Part shown: positions 22,713 to 32,737 of the stretch, one piece after another
Layout of the letters: the number at the start of each line of letters is the position of its first letter
How positions within the stretch are numbered: the first letter of the stretch is position 1
Assembly (NCBI GenBank): GCA_046583395.1
Contig: JAYGCK010000084.1
Coordinates: 5,054-69,053 of the forward strand
DNA from: Deltaproteobacteria bacterium
GTDB taxonomy: Bacteria; Desulfobacterota; Binatia; UBA1149; CAYXZP01
Direction: 5' to 3'
DNA: 64,000 bases
Translations under genes and position numbers: made by a program
The notes under the pieces: model-generated
Database searches by the model: none
What the model saw: the letters and a program-made list of their open reading frames with translations, nothing else
Told to the model about the DNA's origin: nothing

Positions 22713-23528
22713 GTGCTTGAATTGGCCGCCCTGCTTGTCCGTGTACTGCTCGTACTCGTTGTGGTTCACCACGCTGCGACCTATCTCCTGTGGGCCTACG
22801 AGGAGCGGCGTTACGGTCCGGCGCGCCGGCCGCGCCAGCTGCCGGCCGCGGTGATGGCCTGGTGCGGCGAGGTATTGGCCCACTTCGTGGCTCTTTTGGG
22901 CTGGCCATTTGGCCTATTGCCCGAACGAGAACGCGACAGCGCCGGCTATACCGGTATTCCCGTCGTTCTGGTCCATGGATGGGGGATGAACCGCGCCTCG
23001 ATGGCCATGCTGGCCGCACGCTTGCGAAAGGACGGCCGCCGCGTGTTCAGGGTCAACTATCCGAGCACCGGACCGGATACCGGTGTCAAGGCCGAGCACG
23101 TGGCCCGCTTTATGCGCAACGTGCTTGAACGAACCGGGGCCGAACGCATAGACGTGGTTGGCCACAGTCTTGGCGGCGTGGTCTCGCGCGCGGTTGCCCG
23201 GCATCACGGCGGGATGGACTTCATGGGGGCATTGGTGACCCTGGGAAGTCCGCACCGCGGCTCGGCGCTTGTCGATGCCCTGAGGTGGGCAAGGACGCGC
23301 CAGCTACGGCCGGGCTCTAACTACCTTACGACGCTGGCCGACGACGACCCCGTCCCCGGCCGGGTGCGGGTTACCGCCATTTCCTCGCTCTTCGATGCCA
23401 TCGTCTTTCCGGCCGCCAACGCGGAATACGATGGGGCCGTGAACGTGAGCGTTGACTACGTGGGTCACATGTCCTTGGTCCTGTCGTCCCGGGTCTACGG
23501 ACTGGTCAAGGAAGCGCTTGAGAGTTGA
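22713..23528 (+). CDS. alpha/beta-hydrolase, lipase-like, with N-terminal TM helix
   Basis: Nucleophile elbow GHSLGG and a VVLVHGWG oxyanion region. Resembles the lipase class 2 / PGAP1-like family. Confidence 0.6.
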   Translation: MLELAALLVRVLLVLVVVHHAATYLLWAYEERRYGPARRPRQLPAAVMAWCGEVLAHFVALLGWPFGLLPERERDSAGYTGIPVVLVHGWGMNRASMAMLAARLRKDGRRVFRVNYPSTGPDTGVKAEHVARFMRNVLERTGAERIDVVGHSLGGVVSRAVARHHGGMDFMGALVTLGSPHRGSALVDALRWARTRQLRPGSNYLTTLADDDPVPGRVRVTAISSLFDAIVFPAANAEYDGAVNVSVDYVGHMSLVLSSRVYGLVKEALES

Positions 23529-24384
23529 GGGTAGCTTCACCGTCGAGCGGGCCGGGCTGAGGATCGACCGTGCGCTCGCCGATCTGTTGGGGTGCGGGCG
23601 CCGCGAGGCCCGTCGCTTGCTCGCCACCGGCCTGGTGTCCATCGATGGGCGCCGGACAACAGCCGGGCAGCTCACCCGTGCCGGGTCCGAGTTGACGGTC
23701 GCTGCGGGGCCGGCGGCCCGGCCGGAGGCCCCCGTCGCCGAACCCCGGGTGCTATGGCGCGGCGGCGGTCTGGTGGCTGTGGCAAAGCCCGCCGGTATTC
23801 ATAGTCAGCGCGGCCGGTCCGGCCGGTCGGTGGACGATTATTTAGAACGGACCGAGCCCGGTTTTGCCGCCGATGGACCGGGCGGAGTTCTCCACCGTAT
23901 CGACCGCGACACTTCCGGACTGATTCTTGCCAGCTCGGAGGCCGGCGTCTATCGGGGCGTGCGCGGAGCATTCGCTCGTGGCGAGGTCGAAAAACAGTAC
24001 CTGGCTTTGGTCGAGGGACGGGTGGACGGTCCTCTTGTCATCGATATAGCACTGGCGCGGCGAAGGACCCGGGTTGTTCGGGCGTGCCGGCGCGACCGTG
24101 TCCTGGAGGCGTCTACCACCGTCCGGCCGTTGGAGGTTGGGGCGGACTGGTCCTTGGTGCTGGCCGTGATGAGGACCGGGGTCACCCACCAGGTGCGTGC
24201 ACATCTGTCGCTGGCCGGCCATCCCCTGTTCGGCGATACCAAGTACGGTGGTCCCCCGGTTCCGCCGGGCACGCGTAGCGGACAGCTGCTGCACGCGCTG
24301 CGCGTTAGATGGCCGCGCGGTCCGGACCTTGCCGTGGGCGTTGCCGCCGACTTCGGGCGTGCTTATGCCGCCCTGCGAACCTAG
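23452..24384 (+). CDS. RluA-family pseudouridine synthase with S4 domain
   Basis: S4-like RIDRALADLL...SRREARRLL followed by the catalytic HRIDRDTSGL. The TTG start in the track overlaps the lipase gene by 77 nt, so the true start may lie downstream of 23528. Confidence 0.7.
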   Translation: MTTWVTCPWSCRPGSTDWSRKRLRVEGSFTVERAGLRIDRALADLLGCGRREARRLLATGLVSIDGRRTTAGQLTRAGSELTVAAGPAARPEAPVAEPRVLWRGGGLVAVAKPAGIHSQRGRSGRSVDDYLERTEPGFAADGPGGVLHRIDRDTSGLILASSEAGVYRGVRGAFARGEVEKQYLALVEGRVDGPLVIDIALARRRTRVVRACRRDRVLEASTTVRPLEVGADWSLVLAVMRTGVTHQVRAHLSLAGHPLFGDTKYGGPPVPPGTRSGQLLHALRVRWPRGPDLAVGVAADFGRAYAALRT

Positions 24385-24774
24385 CTATTTACGTTTGCCC
24401 TTGGCTGGGGTCTTTGAGCCGCGTCTGGCCGGGAGGGTCTGAGTCGTGTGGCAGTTCCCACAGATGTTTTTCTCGTTATTCTCGTCCTCGACCAGCCCCT
24501 CGTCGAGGTTGTGGCAGATCGCCGAGCAGCGACAACAGATGAAGTATATCCCCTCCTGGGTCTTACTGATCCGTTCGCGGTTGAGGATGCGGCCTTTGAG
24601 CTTGCCGACACGGATGCCAAGCAGGTCGATGTACTGCTTCTTTATCTTCTGACGCCCGGCCTCGTCCTTTGGGAGTTCCTCCGCGTTATCGATTTCGGTC
24701 TGCTCGGGGTCGCCGAAGAGACTGAAGCCGGAAGTGTCACCGGACTTGGATTTTTTCTTGGAGGTACGTGCCAT
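24385..24774 (-). CDS. hypothetical Lys-rich zinc-ribbon protein (Cys cluster CCRCSAIC...x17...CGNC)
   Basis: 129 aa. Third codon positions are predominantly G/C, consistent with genuine coding in this genome. It is antisense to the non-homologous N-terminal extension of the trmI ORF. Confidence 0.55.
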   Translation of the reverse strand: MARTSKKKSKSGDTSGFSLFGDPEQTEIDNAEELPKDEAGRQKIKKQYIDLLGIRVGKLKGRILNRERISKTQEGIYFICCRCSAICHNLDEGLVEDENNEKNICGNCHTTQTLPARRGSKTPAKGKRK

Positions 24775-24888
24775 TCAGGGGCGCGGGGCTCGGAGAGCGC
24801 CGAGTCTAGGGGTGGCAAAGCGGGCAGTCAAGGTGCAGTGGCGCGCGCCCGCATTGAAAAACGGAACAGATTCGACAAGCGTGCCCGG

Positions 24889-25683
24889 ATGGGCGAACGC
24901 GGCACTCTGGCCGACGGTGACACGGTAATCTGTGTTGATGTGCGTGGCCGCAGCTACCTAAAGACGCTGCGCGTAGGCCACCAAATGACCATACGCGGCA
25001 GCGTGCTTGCGGCCGATGACCTTGTCGGGCGTCCTGAGGGGACCCTCACGAGGCGGGGACAGCCGGAGCGTTTCCGGGTCTTTACCGCCACCTACGCAGA
25101 TTTGGTCACCCAGGCGCCGCGGCGGGCCGAGCCGATCTTCCCGAAGGACGCAGGTTTGATTCTGACAAGGGCCGACATTCGGCCCGGGGACACCGTGGTC
25201 GAGATGGGCGCGGGTGCCGGAATGCTCTCTCTGGTGCTCCTGCGCGCGGTTGGGAGCAACGGACACTTGGTGAGCTACGAGCGGCGCGAGGAGCACGCGC
25301 GCGCGGCACGCCAGACCGTCGGTGCGCAGCTCGGCGATGTCCCTAACTGGACGCTAAAGGTGGCCGACGTCAGCGACGGTGTCTGCGAGACCGGGGCCGA
25401 CAGGGTCGTGGCCGACCTGCCCGAGCCCCACAAGGTGCTCGACCAGATCGCCGGCTGTTTGCGTCCCGGCGGAATCGTGGCCTGTTTCCTCCCCACCGTC
25501 GGCCAGGTGGCCGACCTGCGCACCGCGCTTGCGTCCGACGACCGCTTTGCATGTGAGCAGACCTGGGAAGCTTTCGAGCGCGGTTGGCATGTGGCCGGCC
25601 AGAGCGCCCGTCCCGAACACCGTATGGTGGCTCACACCGGCTTCCTGAGCTTCGCCCGGCGTGTTCCTAAGGCCTCCGGTTAG
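24889..25683 (+). CDS. trmI: tRNA (adenine-N1)-methyltransferase, TrmI/Gcd14 family
   Basis: Homology starts at MGERGTLADGDTVICV. A SAM-binding motif VVEMGAGAGMLSL follows. A GTG at 24838 is an alternative start. The 147-codon upstream extension is rejected. Confidence 0.75.
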   Translation: MGERGTLADGDTVICVDVRGRSYLKTLRVGHQMTIRGSVLAADDLVGRPEGTLTRRGQPERFRVFTATYADLVTQAPRRAEPIFPKDAGLILTRADIRPGDTVVEMGAGAGMLSLVLLRAVGSNGHLVSYERREEHARAARQTVGAQLGDVPNWTLKVADVSDGVCETGADRVVADLPEPHKVLDQIAGCLRPGGIVACFLPTVGQVADLRTALASDDRFACEQTWEAFERGWHVAGQSARPEHRMVAHTGFLSFARRVPKASG

Positions 25684-26147
25684 GGCCGCCCGAGCAGCCG
25701 TCTGACCGACACCAACAGGCCTAGCCCGCTGGCCATGACCACGGTGCCCAGCGCCATCGCAATTCCGTGCAAGCGCATGAATTCCGCTCGCGCGGTCTCG
25801 TCGCCGCGAAGTACGGCCATGCGCGGTCCCACCCCGAAGGCCGATACAGCCTGGGCCCCGAGCATAATGGCGCACACCAGCAGCACCCAACGCCATGGGC
25901 CCCCGGTCGTGGCTGATAGATAGGCCGCGCTGACGAGCATGGCCGCCCCCAGGAGCAGGCCGCCGTGGTAGTAGCGCGGGAATACCAGCGCCGCTACTTC
26001 ACCGGCGCGCGCACTAGGCATCGAGGCGAACAGAGTCGGCAGAACCAGCAGCGAGTAGAAAACCACGGCTCCGGTCCACAGGGCCACCGCGACCACGAAC
26101 AGAGACTCGGCCGGTGCCTTGAGGGGCTGTGCCAGAAAGGCTGTCAC
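25680..26147 (-). CDS. DUF4149 (TMEM205-like) four-TM membrane protein
   Basis: 155 aa with four hydrophobic helices in a family-like pattern. Its stop overlaps the trmI stop (convergent). Confidence 0.55.
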   Translation of the reverse strand: MTAFLAQPLKAPAESLFVVAVALWTGAVVFYSLLVLPTLFASMPSARAGEVAALVFPRYYHGGLLLGAAMLVSAAYLSATTGGPWRWVLLVCAIMLGAQAVSAFGVGPRMAVLRGDETARAEFMRLHGIAMALGTVVMASGLGLLVSVRRLLGRP

Positions 26148-26183
26148 TGCGGACCCTTTCCGGTGTAGTATCGCGAAAGGACG

Positions 26184-28679
26184 ATGGATACCCCGCAGTA
26201 CGGTTCGCTTTCCTTCATTGCACGCCTGGCCTCACAGGAGACCGACGGTGCCGCAGAAGAGATGGACGAGCAAGGCCGGTGGTACGGCTTCGAGGAGGAC
26301 GTCGATGATGTCCCCATTGACAGCGAGCTTCCGATACTGCCGCTGCGGGGTACCACGGTGTTTCCCGCCTCCATCGCCCCGCTGCTGATATCAAGGGAGT
26401 CCTCCCTGTCCTTGGTCGAGGAGGCTTTGGCCAGTGACCGGGTCATCGGCATGGTCGCTCAGCGTGCGGCCGAGCTGGAGATTCCGGGTCCCGAAGACCT
26501 GCACACCTATGGTTGTGCCGGACGCATCCTCAAGATGCTCAAGTACCCCGACGGGAGCATCCGCGTCCTCGTTCAGGGACTCAGGCGTATCGTGGTCACC
26601 GAGTACCTTCAGGAAAAGCCCTATCTCAGGGCCAAGGTCGAGCTTCTGGCCGATACCCATGACGAGGGTACCGAGGTGATGGCGCTCAAGACACAGGCCG
26701 TGCAGTCCTTCTCCCGTTTCGTCGATATGACCCCTCATCTGCCCAACGAGCTGCAGGTCGTGGTCATCAACATAAGCACGCCGGGAAAGGTGTGTGACCT
26801 GATTGCGGCCAACCTAGCGCTTCCTCTCGAAGAGAAGCAGCGGTTGCTCGAAACCGTCGAGGTCGACCAGCGGCTTCGCGATCTCAACACGATGCTGGCT
26901 CGCGAGCTGGAACTGTTGGAGCTCGGGCAGAAGATACAGGGCCAGGTGCAGTCGGAGCTGCACAAGAACCAAAAGGAGTTCTATCTGCGCCAACAGATTA
27001 AGGCGATACACCAGGAACTCGGGGATGCCGATGGAAGCAGCGATGAGGTTGAGACGCTGCGCGCGCGTATTCAGGAGGCCGGACTACCCGAGGAGGCCGG
27101 GCAGGCTGCAGAGTCCGAGCTTGCCCGGTTGGCCGTGATTCCCACCGAGTCGGCCGAGCATAGCGTGGTGCGTACCTACATCGAGTGGCTTGCCGATTTA
27201 CCCTGGAGTGCGGCGACCGAAGACAACCTCGACACCAAGCACGCCCGCCGCACCCTCGACGAGGACCATTTCGACCTCGACAAGGTCAAAGACCGCATTC
27301 TGGAGTTCCTCGCGGTGCGCCAGTTACGGGACAATCCGCGCGGCCCGATTCTGTGCCTGGTGGGGCCACCGGGCGTGGGTAAGACCTCGCTTGGCCGCTC
27401 GGTCGCACGCGCGATGGAGCGGAGCTTTTACCGGCTTTCGCTCGGCGGCGTGCGGGACGAGGCGGAGATTCGCGGGCACCGGCGCACCTACGTCGGCAGT
27501 ATGCCCGGTCGCATCCTTCAAGGTCTCAAGTCAACGGGCTCGAACAACCCCGTGTTCATGCTCGACGAGGTCGACAAGATAGGTGCCGACGTGCGCGGTG
27601 ATCCCGCCTCCGCACTGCTCGAGGTTCTCGACCCCGAACAGAACTTCAGTTTCCGTGATCATTATCTCGACGTGCCCTTCGATTTGTCGCGTGTATTGTT
27701 CCTGACCACCGCCAACTACCTCGACCCAATCCCGGCCGCCCTCAGGGACAGGATGGAGGTGCTCGAATTGCCCGGCTATAGTGAGGAGGAGAAACTGGAA
27801 ATCGCCCGGCGCCATCTCATTCCCAAACAACTAGAGGAGAACGGCCTCAGCGATGAGATCTTGCAGTTCACCGACGACGCCGTAATCGCCATCGTTCGCG
27901 ATTTCACCCGGGAGGCCGGGCTCCGAAACCTCGAACGCGAACTCGGTTCAATCTGCCGAAAGGTCGCGCGTGCGGTCACCGAGGGCGAGCGAGGGCTGCG
28001 GCGGGTCGATGAGGGGGCCGTGGGCGATTATCTTGGCGCTCCCAAGTTCGTTTCCGAACTAGCCTACCGCGGGCAGCGCCCCGGCGTTGCCGTCGGCCTG
28101 GCATGGACCCCCCACGGCGGTGATGTTCTTTTTGTCGAGGCTTCCCGCATGCGGGGCAAGAAGAACCTCACGCTCACCGGTCAGCTCGGCGAGGTGATGA
28201 AGGAGTCGGCCCAGGCTGCGCTGACCTTTATCAGGAGCAACGCCGACGATTACGGGATTGACGCGCGCTTTTTCGAAAGTTCCGACATCCATGTCCACGT
28301 CCCGGCCGGCGCGATTCCCAAAGACGGTCCCTCTGCAGGCGTAACCATCACCGCGGCTCTGGCCTCGGTGCTCACCGGGCGCCCGTTACGCGAAGGCGTT
28401 GCCATGACCGGCGAGATAACTCTGCGCGGGGCCGTGCTGCCGGTCGGAGGGATAAAGGAGAAGGTCCTGGCCGCGCGCCGCGCGGGTATACGCGAAATCT
28501 ATCTACCCGACCGGAACCGCAAGGACGTCGAAGAGATAGACGCCGCTTTGACCGAAAGACTCGAGTTCCGTTACGTCGAGCGTGCCTCCGACCTCCTCGA
28601 TTCAGTGATGGCCGAGCGTCCCAAGACGGTGGTCCGTTCGGGAGCGGCCAAACGGGCCGGTCTTCCGCCCGAGGCCTGA
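26184..28679 (+). CDS. lon: ATP-dependent Lon protease
   Basis: 831 aa with a LON N-domain ([13 protein letters not shown]), Walker [10 protein letters not shown], and the protease Ser-Lys dyad (GPSAG...K). Confidence 0.95.
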   Translation: MDTPQYGSLSFIARLASQETDGAAEEMDEQGRWYGFEEDVDDVPIDSELPILPLRGTTVFPASIAPLLISRESSLSLVEEALASDRVIGMVAQRAAELEIPGPEDLHTYGCAGRILKMLKYPDGSIRVLVQGLRRIVVTEYLQEKPYLRAKVELLADTHDEGTEVMALKTQAVQSFSRFVDMTPHLPNELQVVVINISTPGKVCDLIAANLALPLEEKQRLLETVEVDQRLRDLNTMLARELELLELGQKIQGQVQSELHKNQKEFYLRQQIKAIHQELGDADGSSDEVETLRARIQEAGLPEEAGQAAESELARLAVIPTESAEHSVVRTYIEWLADLPWSAATEDNLDTKHARRTLDEDHFDLDKVKDRILEFLAVRQLRDNPRGPILCLVGPPGVGKTSLGRSVARAMERSFYRLSLGGVRDEAEIRGHRRTYVGSMPGRILQGLKSTGSNNPVFMLDEVDKIGADVRGDPASALLEVLDPEQNFSFRDHYLDVPFDLSRVLFLTTANYLDPIPAALRDRMEVLELPGYSEEEKLEIARRHLIPKQLEENGLSDEILQFTDDAVIAIVRDFTREAGLRNLERELGSICRKVARAVTEGERGLRRVDEGAVGDYLGAPKFVSELAYRGQRPGVAVGLAWTPHGGDVLFVEASRMRGKKNLTLTGQLGEVMKESAQAALTFIRSNADDYGIDARFFESSDIHVHVPAGAIPKDGPSAGVTITAALASVLTGRPLREGVAMTGEITLRGAVLPVGGIKEKVLAARRAGIREIYLPDRNRKDVEEIDAALTERLEFRYVERASDLLDSVMAERPKTVVRSGAAKRAGLPPEA

Positions 28680-28680
28680 C

Positions 28681-29664
28681 TCAGGCCGCTACGGTCTCCT
28701 TGAGAACCCGGGCGATGATGTCGGCTGCGCGTCGGCCTCCGGGGGCCTCGCCCGGGCCCGGCCTTTCCATCTCCAAGATGCTGCGGAGTTCCCTACTCCA
28801 GTTCCCGCGCTCGAGCTGTTCCGGTGCAAGAGCAAGGGTTCCGGAGCGCGAGGCCAGCGCGCGTTCCAGATAGACGTCCTCGGGAAAGCCCCGTCTCGGG
28901 GCCAACAGTACCCGCTGACCCGTTGCCCATGTATCGCCGTAAATGCCGTAACCGGGTTTGGCCACGACCAGGTCGGCCGCTCCAAGGAGTTCGATGAAGG
29001 GTGTCCCAACATCGGGAAGGACGTCCTTGCGCGAGAGCGGAAGGTCGGGCGCTAGATAGACCAGGTCCGGGCTCGGCGGAGGAAGCGCGCACACGCTCGT
29101 GTCGCTCCCGCCAATCGCAATAAGCACGACCTGCTCGTTGCCGGCAAGACCGAGGTCGGCTCTGACCCGGGCGGGGTCCAGAGCGGGACGCCGGCCCAGC
29201 TCGCCGACCCGCTCGCGGCGTTCGAAGGCCGGCATTGGGCAGGCCGGGGCCAGTTCGATGAGCAGCCGGGCATGACGGTAGTCCCGTTCTGCCTGGGCTG
29301 CGGCCTCGGCCAGGCCCATCTGGTGGTATATCCAATCCCAAGAAAAGTTGCCGTGGGTGATAGCGGGTATCCCGGCCGCGGCTGCGGCCGCGACCGCCGT
29401 CGGAGGCATGTCGGCAAGTACCGCGTCGGCGTTGTCGGCCAGCCACCGGCCTTCGCGCGCGGTCGTCTCGGCCGAACTGGCCGACCAAAGCTCGAGTTTG
29501 CGGCGGGTGGCATCCGGGTCGACGGCGAGCGCGTGACTTTGGACCACCCCCACGTCGAAGGCCTCGTCGCTGGCCGAGAGGATGTGCGGACCTAGTGCGT
29601 CGGGCCATCCGGCCGGTGGGCGGGGACCCTTGAGGTGGAGTCCGACCGGCATGCGCTCGACCAA
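28681..29664 (-). CDS. hypothetical protein, possibly a GT-B fold glycosyltransferase-like enzyme
   Basis: 327 aa. Weak resemblance to GT28 C-terminal / MGT-type proteins (LVVAKPGYGIYGDTWATGQRVLL). No firm motif identified. Confidence 0.3.
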   Translation of the reverse strand: MVERMPVGLHLKGPRPPAGWPDALGPHILSASDEAFDVGVVQSHALAVDPDATRRKLELWSASSAETTAREGRWLADNADAVLADMPPTAVAAAAAAGIPAITHGNFSWDWIYHQMGLAEAAAQAERDYRHARLLIELAPACPMPAFERRERVGELGRRPALDPARVRADLGLAGNEQVVLIAIGGSDTSVCALPPPSPDLVYLAPDLPLSRKDVLPDVGTPFIELLGAADLVVAKPGYGIYGDTWATGQRVLLAPRRGFPEDVYLERALASRSGTLALAPEQLERGNWSRELRSILEMERPGPGEAPGGRRAADIIARVLKETVAA

Positions 29665-29798
29665 GTGTTCGAGCGTGACCGAAGTGCGGACTGCGTGCCC
29701 GAGACCGTGGCTCGAGATGTAAACGGCCAGTCTTGGTGTGTGGCTGGTCAGTGTATCGCCTTCCCGCGCACGGGCGGCTTAGTTATAAGCGGGGCACG

Positions 29799-30944
29799 AT
29801 GACCGTCAACAAGCCATGCGACCGGGACAAGGAAGGGGTCCGGGCCGCGGCCCTGGAGATGGGCTTCTCGGCCTGCGGGTTCGCCGATGCCGAAGGTCTG
29901 GCGCTCGGCCCGGTCCTGGCCGAGTGGCTAGCGGCCGGCCGCCACGGGCATATGGAGTATCTGGCCCGCCCGGGACGCGCGCGCATCGAGCCGCGCATGG
30001 CGCTAGCCGGCGCTCGTACCGTAATCGTCGTCGCCCGTAACTACCCCGCCCCACCGCCGCCGGACCCGGACTGGAGAGCCAAACTTACCGGGCGGGTGGC
30101 CGCCTATGCGGCCGGCCGTGACTACCACGACTCAATGGCCGAAGCGCTCCAGACCCTGGCGTCGACGGTGGCGGGTCTGTCGGGGATGGACTGCCGGGTT
30201 CAGGTCGATTCGGGTCCGCTGGTCGAAAAGGAACTGGCCAGGAAGGCGGGGCTGGGCTGGTACGGCCGCAACACCAATATCTTGGCCAAGCCCGCCGGGT
30301 CCTACCTCCTGTTCGGCTGCCTGCTAACCGAGGCCGAGATTAGCCCGGACCCGCCCTTCGAAGAAGGTCATTGCGGCCAGTGCACCGACTGCATTGCCGC
30401 CTGCCCCACTGCCGCGCTTGGCCAAGGTCCGACCATCGATGCGCCCCGTTGCATCTCCTACCTCACCATCGAGCATCGCGGGCCGATTGCGAGAGACCTC
30501 AGGCCCGGTATCGGCAACTGGGTCTTCGGTTGCGATGTCTGCCAGGAGGTCTGCCCCTGGAACGATGATGCCCCCAGGGCCGACGATCCCATGCTCAGCC
30601 CCTATCTCCCCGACATGCTCGCGATGTCGGCCGAGCGTTGCCACGAGCTTTACCGTTCTACCGCGATGTGGCGTGCCAAACGCAGGGGGCTGGCGCGTAA
30701 TGCCGCCGTGGCTCTAGGGAACAGTGGCAATCCGGAAGCGGTGGAGCCCTTGGCCCAGGCGCTGAGCTCCCACGACGAGCCCTTGGTACGGGTCCACGCA
30801 GCATGGGCGCTGGGGCGCATCGGGGGTCCCGCTGCGCTGCGCACGCTCGAATCCACACTGGCCCGTGAAGGGGTGCCGCCCGTACGTGCCGAGATAGGGT
30901 TGGCGCTCGCCGGCCGGGTTCCGCAAGCCCGGCTGTCCCAGTAG
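29799..30944 (+). CDS. queG: epoxyqueuosine reductase QueG with C-terminal HEAT repeats
   Basis: Two 4Fe-4S cluster motifs (CGQCTDCIAACP and CDVCQEVCPWN) and terminal HEAT-like repeats. Start placed at MTVNKPCD, with the 22-codon upstream extension rejected. Confidence 0.85.
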   Translation: MTVNKPCDRDKEGVRAAALEMGFSACGFADAEGLALGPVLAEWLAAGRHGHMEYLARPGRARIEPRMALAGARTVIVVARNYPAPPPPDPDWRAKLTGRVAAYAAGRDYHDSMAEALQTLASTVAGLSGMDCRVQVDSGPLVEKELARKAGLGWYGRNTNILAKPAGSYLLFGCLLTEAEISPDPPFEEGHCGQCTDCIAACPTAALGQGPTIDAPRCISYLTIEHRGPIARDLRPGIGNWVFGCDVCQEVCPWNDDAPRADDPMLSPYLPDMLAMSAERCHELYRSTAMWRAKRRGLARNAAVALGNSGNPEAVEPLAQALSSHDEPLVRVHAAWALGRIGGPAALRTLESTLAREGVPPVRAEIGLALAGRVPQARLSQ

Positions 30945-30975
30945 CCCTCGGCTGTTGTAGAATAGGGCCACGTAG

Positions 30976-32733
30976 ATGAGCGAGACCGCCGCCACAGACA
31001 AGGCCCCCGGCAGCGTCCCGGGGCCACAGGCCGCCGAGCGGTACGACAGTACCGAGCGGAGCGAGCGGGCACTGGCGGTGAGCCGGTTCATCCTGGCGCT
31101 GTCGGCCCTGGCCATCATCGTGCTCGACCCACGTCAGCCGCTGTTCGGCTCACGCCCGCTGTACGTAATCGTCGCCTCCTACGCCCTATACAGCGCGATA
31201 CTGCTCTACCTGTTCTCGCGTCAGCAGCTTCGCCTCCAGGCTATCTCCGAGCGTGTGCTGTTCGCCGACGTGGGTTGGTACACCCTCATAATCGCGCTTA
31301 GCGAGGGCGGCACCAGCCTTTTCTATCTGTTCTACCTATTCACCATCTGCAATGCCGCAATCCATTGGGGCGCGCGCATGACCATGCGTATCGCCTTTCT
31401 GTGCGCGGTGCTCTACCTCGGCAGCATACTCGCCGTGCGCAGGGTGACGCTGGGGCCCGACGCTGTGCTCCAGAGCGCTCACTTAATCCGCCCCACTTAT
31501 CTGGTCCTGTTGGGGTACCTGGTCGGGTTGATTGGCGAACACGAACTGGCGGCCAAGAAACGCCTGGTCGAGGTCCTGGCTCTTCAGCGCATGGCCAGCC
31601 GCAGCACCGATCCCATGGCCACTCTTGTGCGCTTTGTGGTCCGGGTCGGCCACTTCTATGAGGCCGACTATCTGCTTGTGCAGATACGTATGCCCGATGG
31701 TGCCCGTTTTGAGTGGGAAGGCGTTCGGTCGGACAGCGGTCGTTTCGTGATACGCGACCTCCCTACGACCTCGTGGCTACCGGCCTCGAGCGGTCCGTTG
31801 TCCTATCGCGTGGCGCACAATTTTGGGAGCTGGGGCCGCGTGGTCGAATGCTATGCGAGCGACGAGAGCGGTCCCGACCGGATAAACGAGAGCGACGAGC
31901 CCGCTTTCCTGGCCCGTTCGAGGATGCGTTCGTTAATCTCGGTCCCGATCTCGGCCCCCGAGGGACACCGCGGCCGGATATTGGTCAGCCGCGCGCGTTC
32001 GAACTACTCCCGTCAAGACCTCGATTTCTTTCGGACGCTGGTTGCTCAAGGCGCCATCATTCTCGATAAGCTGCTGCTTCGGGCAAAGGCCGAGGACCTG
32101 GCCGTGGCCGAGGAGCGCGCGCGTATTGCCCGTGACGTTCACGATGGTTTTGTGCAGTCATTAGCCTCACTCGATGTGGGGCTCGAGGTATGCCGGAAAC
32201 TACAGGCCAAGGACCCAGAGGGGCTGGCGGTCGAACTTGAGGCCGTGCAGCGCAACGTGAAACAAGGCTATCGTGATGCTCGTCGCTACCTCGAACAGTT
32301 GCGCGAGCATTCGGCGCTCGGTCCCGATGTCGATACGGTCGTGGGTGAGATGGTTCGTGATTTCCGCGGCCGGGGTGAGACAGTGGTCGAACTGCACACC
32401 GACGCCGAGGGCATTCCGGCCCGCCACGGTGTCGGCCGGGAGCTTGTCCAGATCGTACGCGAAGGTCTGTCGAACATCGCACGGCACGCGGATGCGGGTT
32501 CTGCGCTAGTTTCGGTCGAAGCGGGTCCCTCGGCGTTCCGTCTCACCATCAAGGATAACGGGCGGGGCTTCCCTACCGCGGGTGCGGCTGACAACGGGGA
32601 ACTGCCTATCAGCGAGGCACCGTGGTCCATCCGTGAGCGCGTCGAGGCTCTTGGTGGTACGCTCAAGCTCAGAAGCGAAGCTGGCGGGGGGGCCGAGATT
32701 GAGATAACTTTACCCCGCCGGGAGGCGCAGTAG
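30976..32733 (+). CDS. sensor histidine kinase (multi-TM N-terminal domain, GAF-like domain, HisKA_3, HATPase_c)
   Basis: 585 aa with about 5 TM helices. The H-box ERARIARDVHDGFVQSL is NarX/DegS-type. G-boxes lie near the C-terminus. Confidence 0.8.
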   Translation: MSETAATDKAPGSVPGPQAAERYDSTERSERALAVSRFILALSALAIIVLDPRQPLFGSRPLYVIVASYALYSAILLYLFSRQQLRLQAISERVLFADVGWYTLIIALSEGGTSLFYLFYLFTICNAAIHWGARMTMRIAFLCAVLYLGSILAVRRVTLGPDAVLQSAHLIRPTYLVLLGYLVGLIGEHELAAKKRLVEVLALQRMASRSTDPMATLVRFVVRVGHFYEADYLLVQIRMPDGARFEWEGVRSDSGRFVIRDLPTTSWLPASSGPLSYRVAHNFGSWGRVVECYASDESGPDRINESDEPAFLARSRMRSLISVPISAPEGHRGRILVSRARSNYSRQDLDFFRTLVAQGAIILDKLLLRAKAEDLAVAEERARIARDVHDGFVQSLASLDVGLEVCRKLQAKDPEGLAVELEAVQRNVKQGYRDARRYLEQLREHSALGPDVDTVVGEMVRDFRGRGETVVELHTDAEGIPARHGVGRELVQIVREGLSNIARHADAGSALVSVEAGPSAFRLTIKDNGRGFPTAGAADNGELPISEAPWSIRERVEALGGTLKLRSEAGGGAEIEITLPRREAQ

Positions 32734-32737
32734 TCAC

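Noticed and set aside
24448-24888. 147-codon N-terminal extension of the trmI ORF.
   Set aside because: It has no TrmI homology. It is antisense to a better-supported small zinc-ribbon gene. An internal ATG at 24889 begins the conserved domain.
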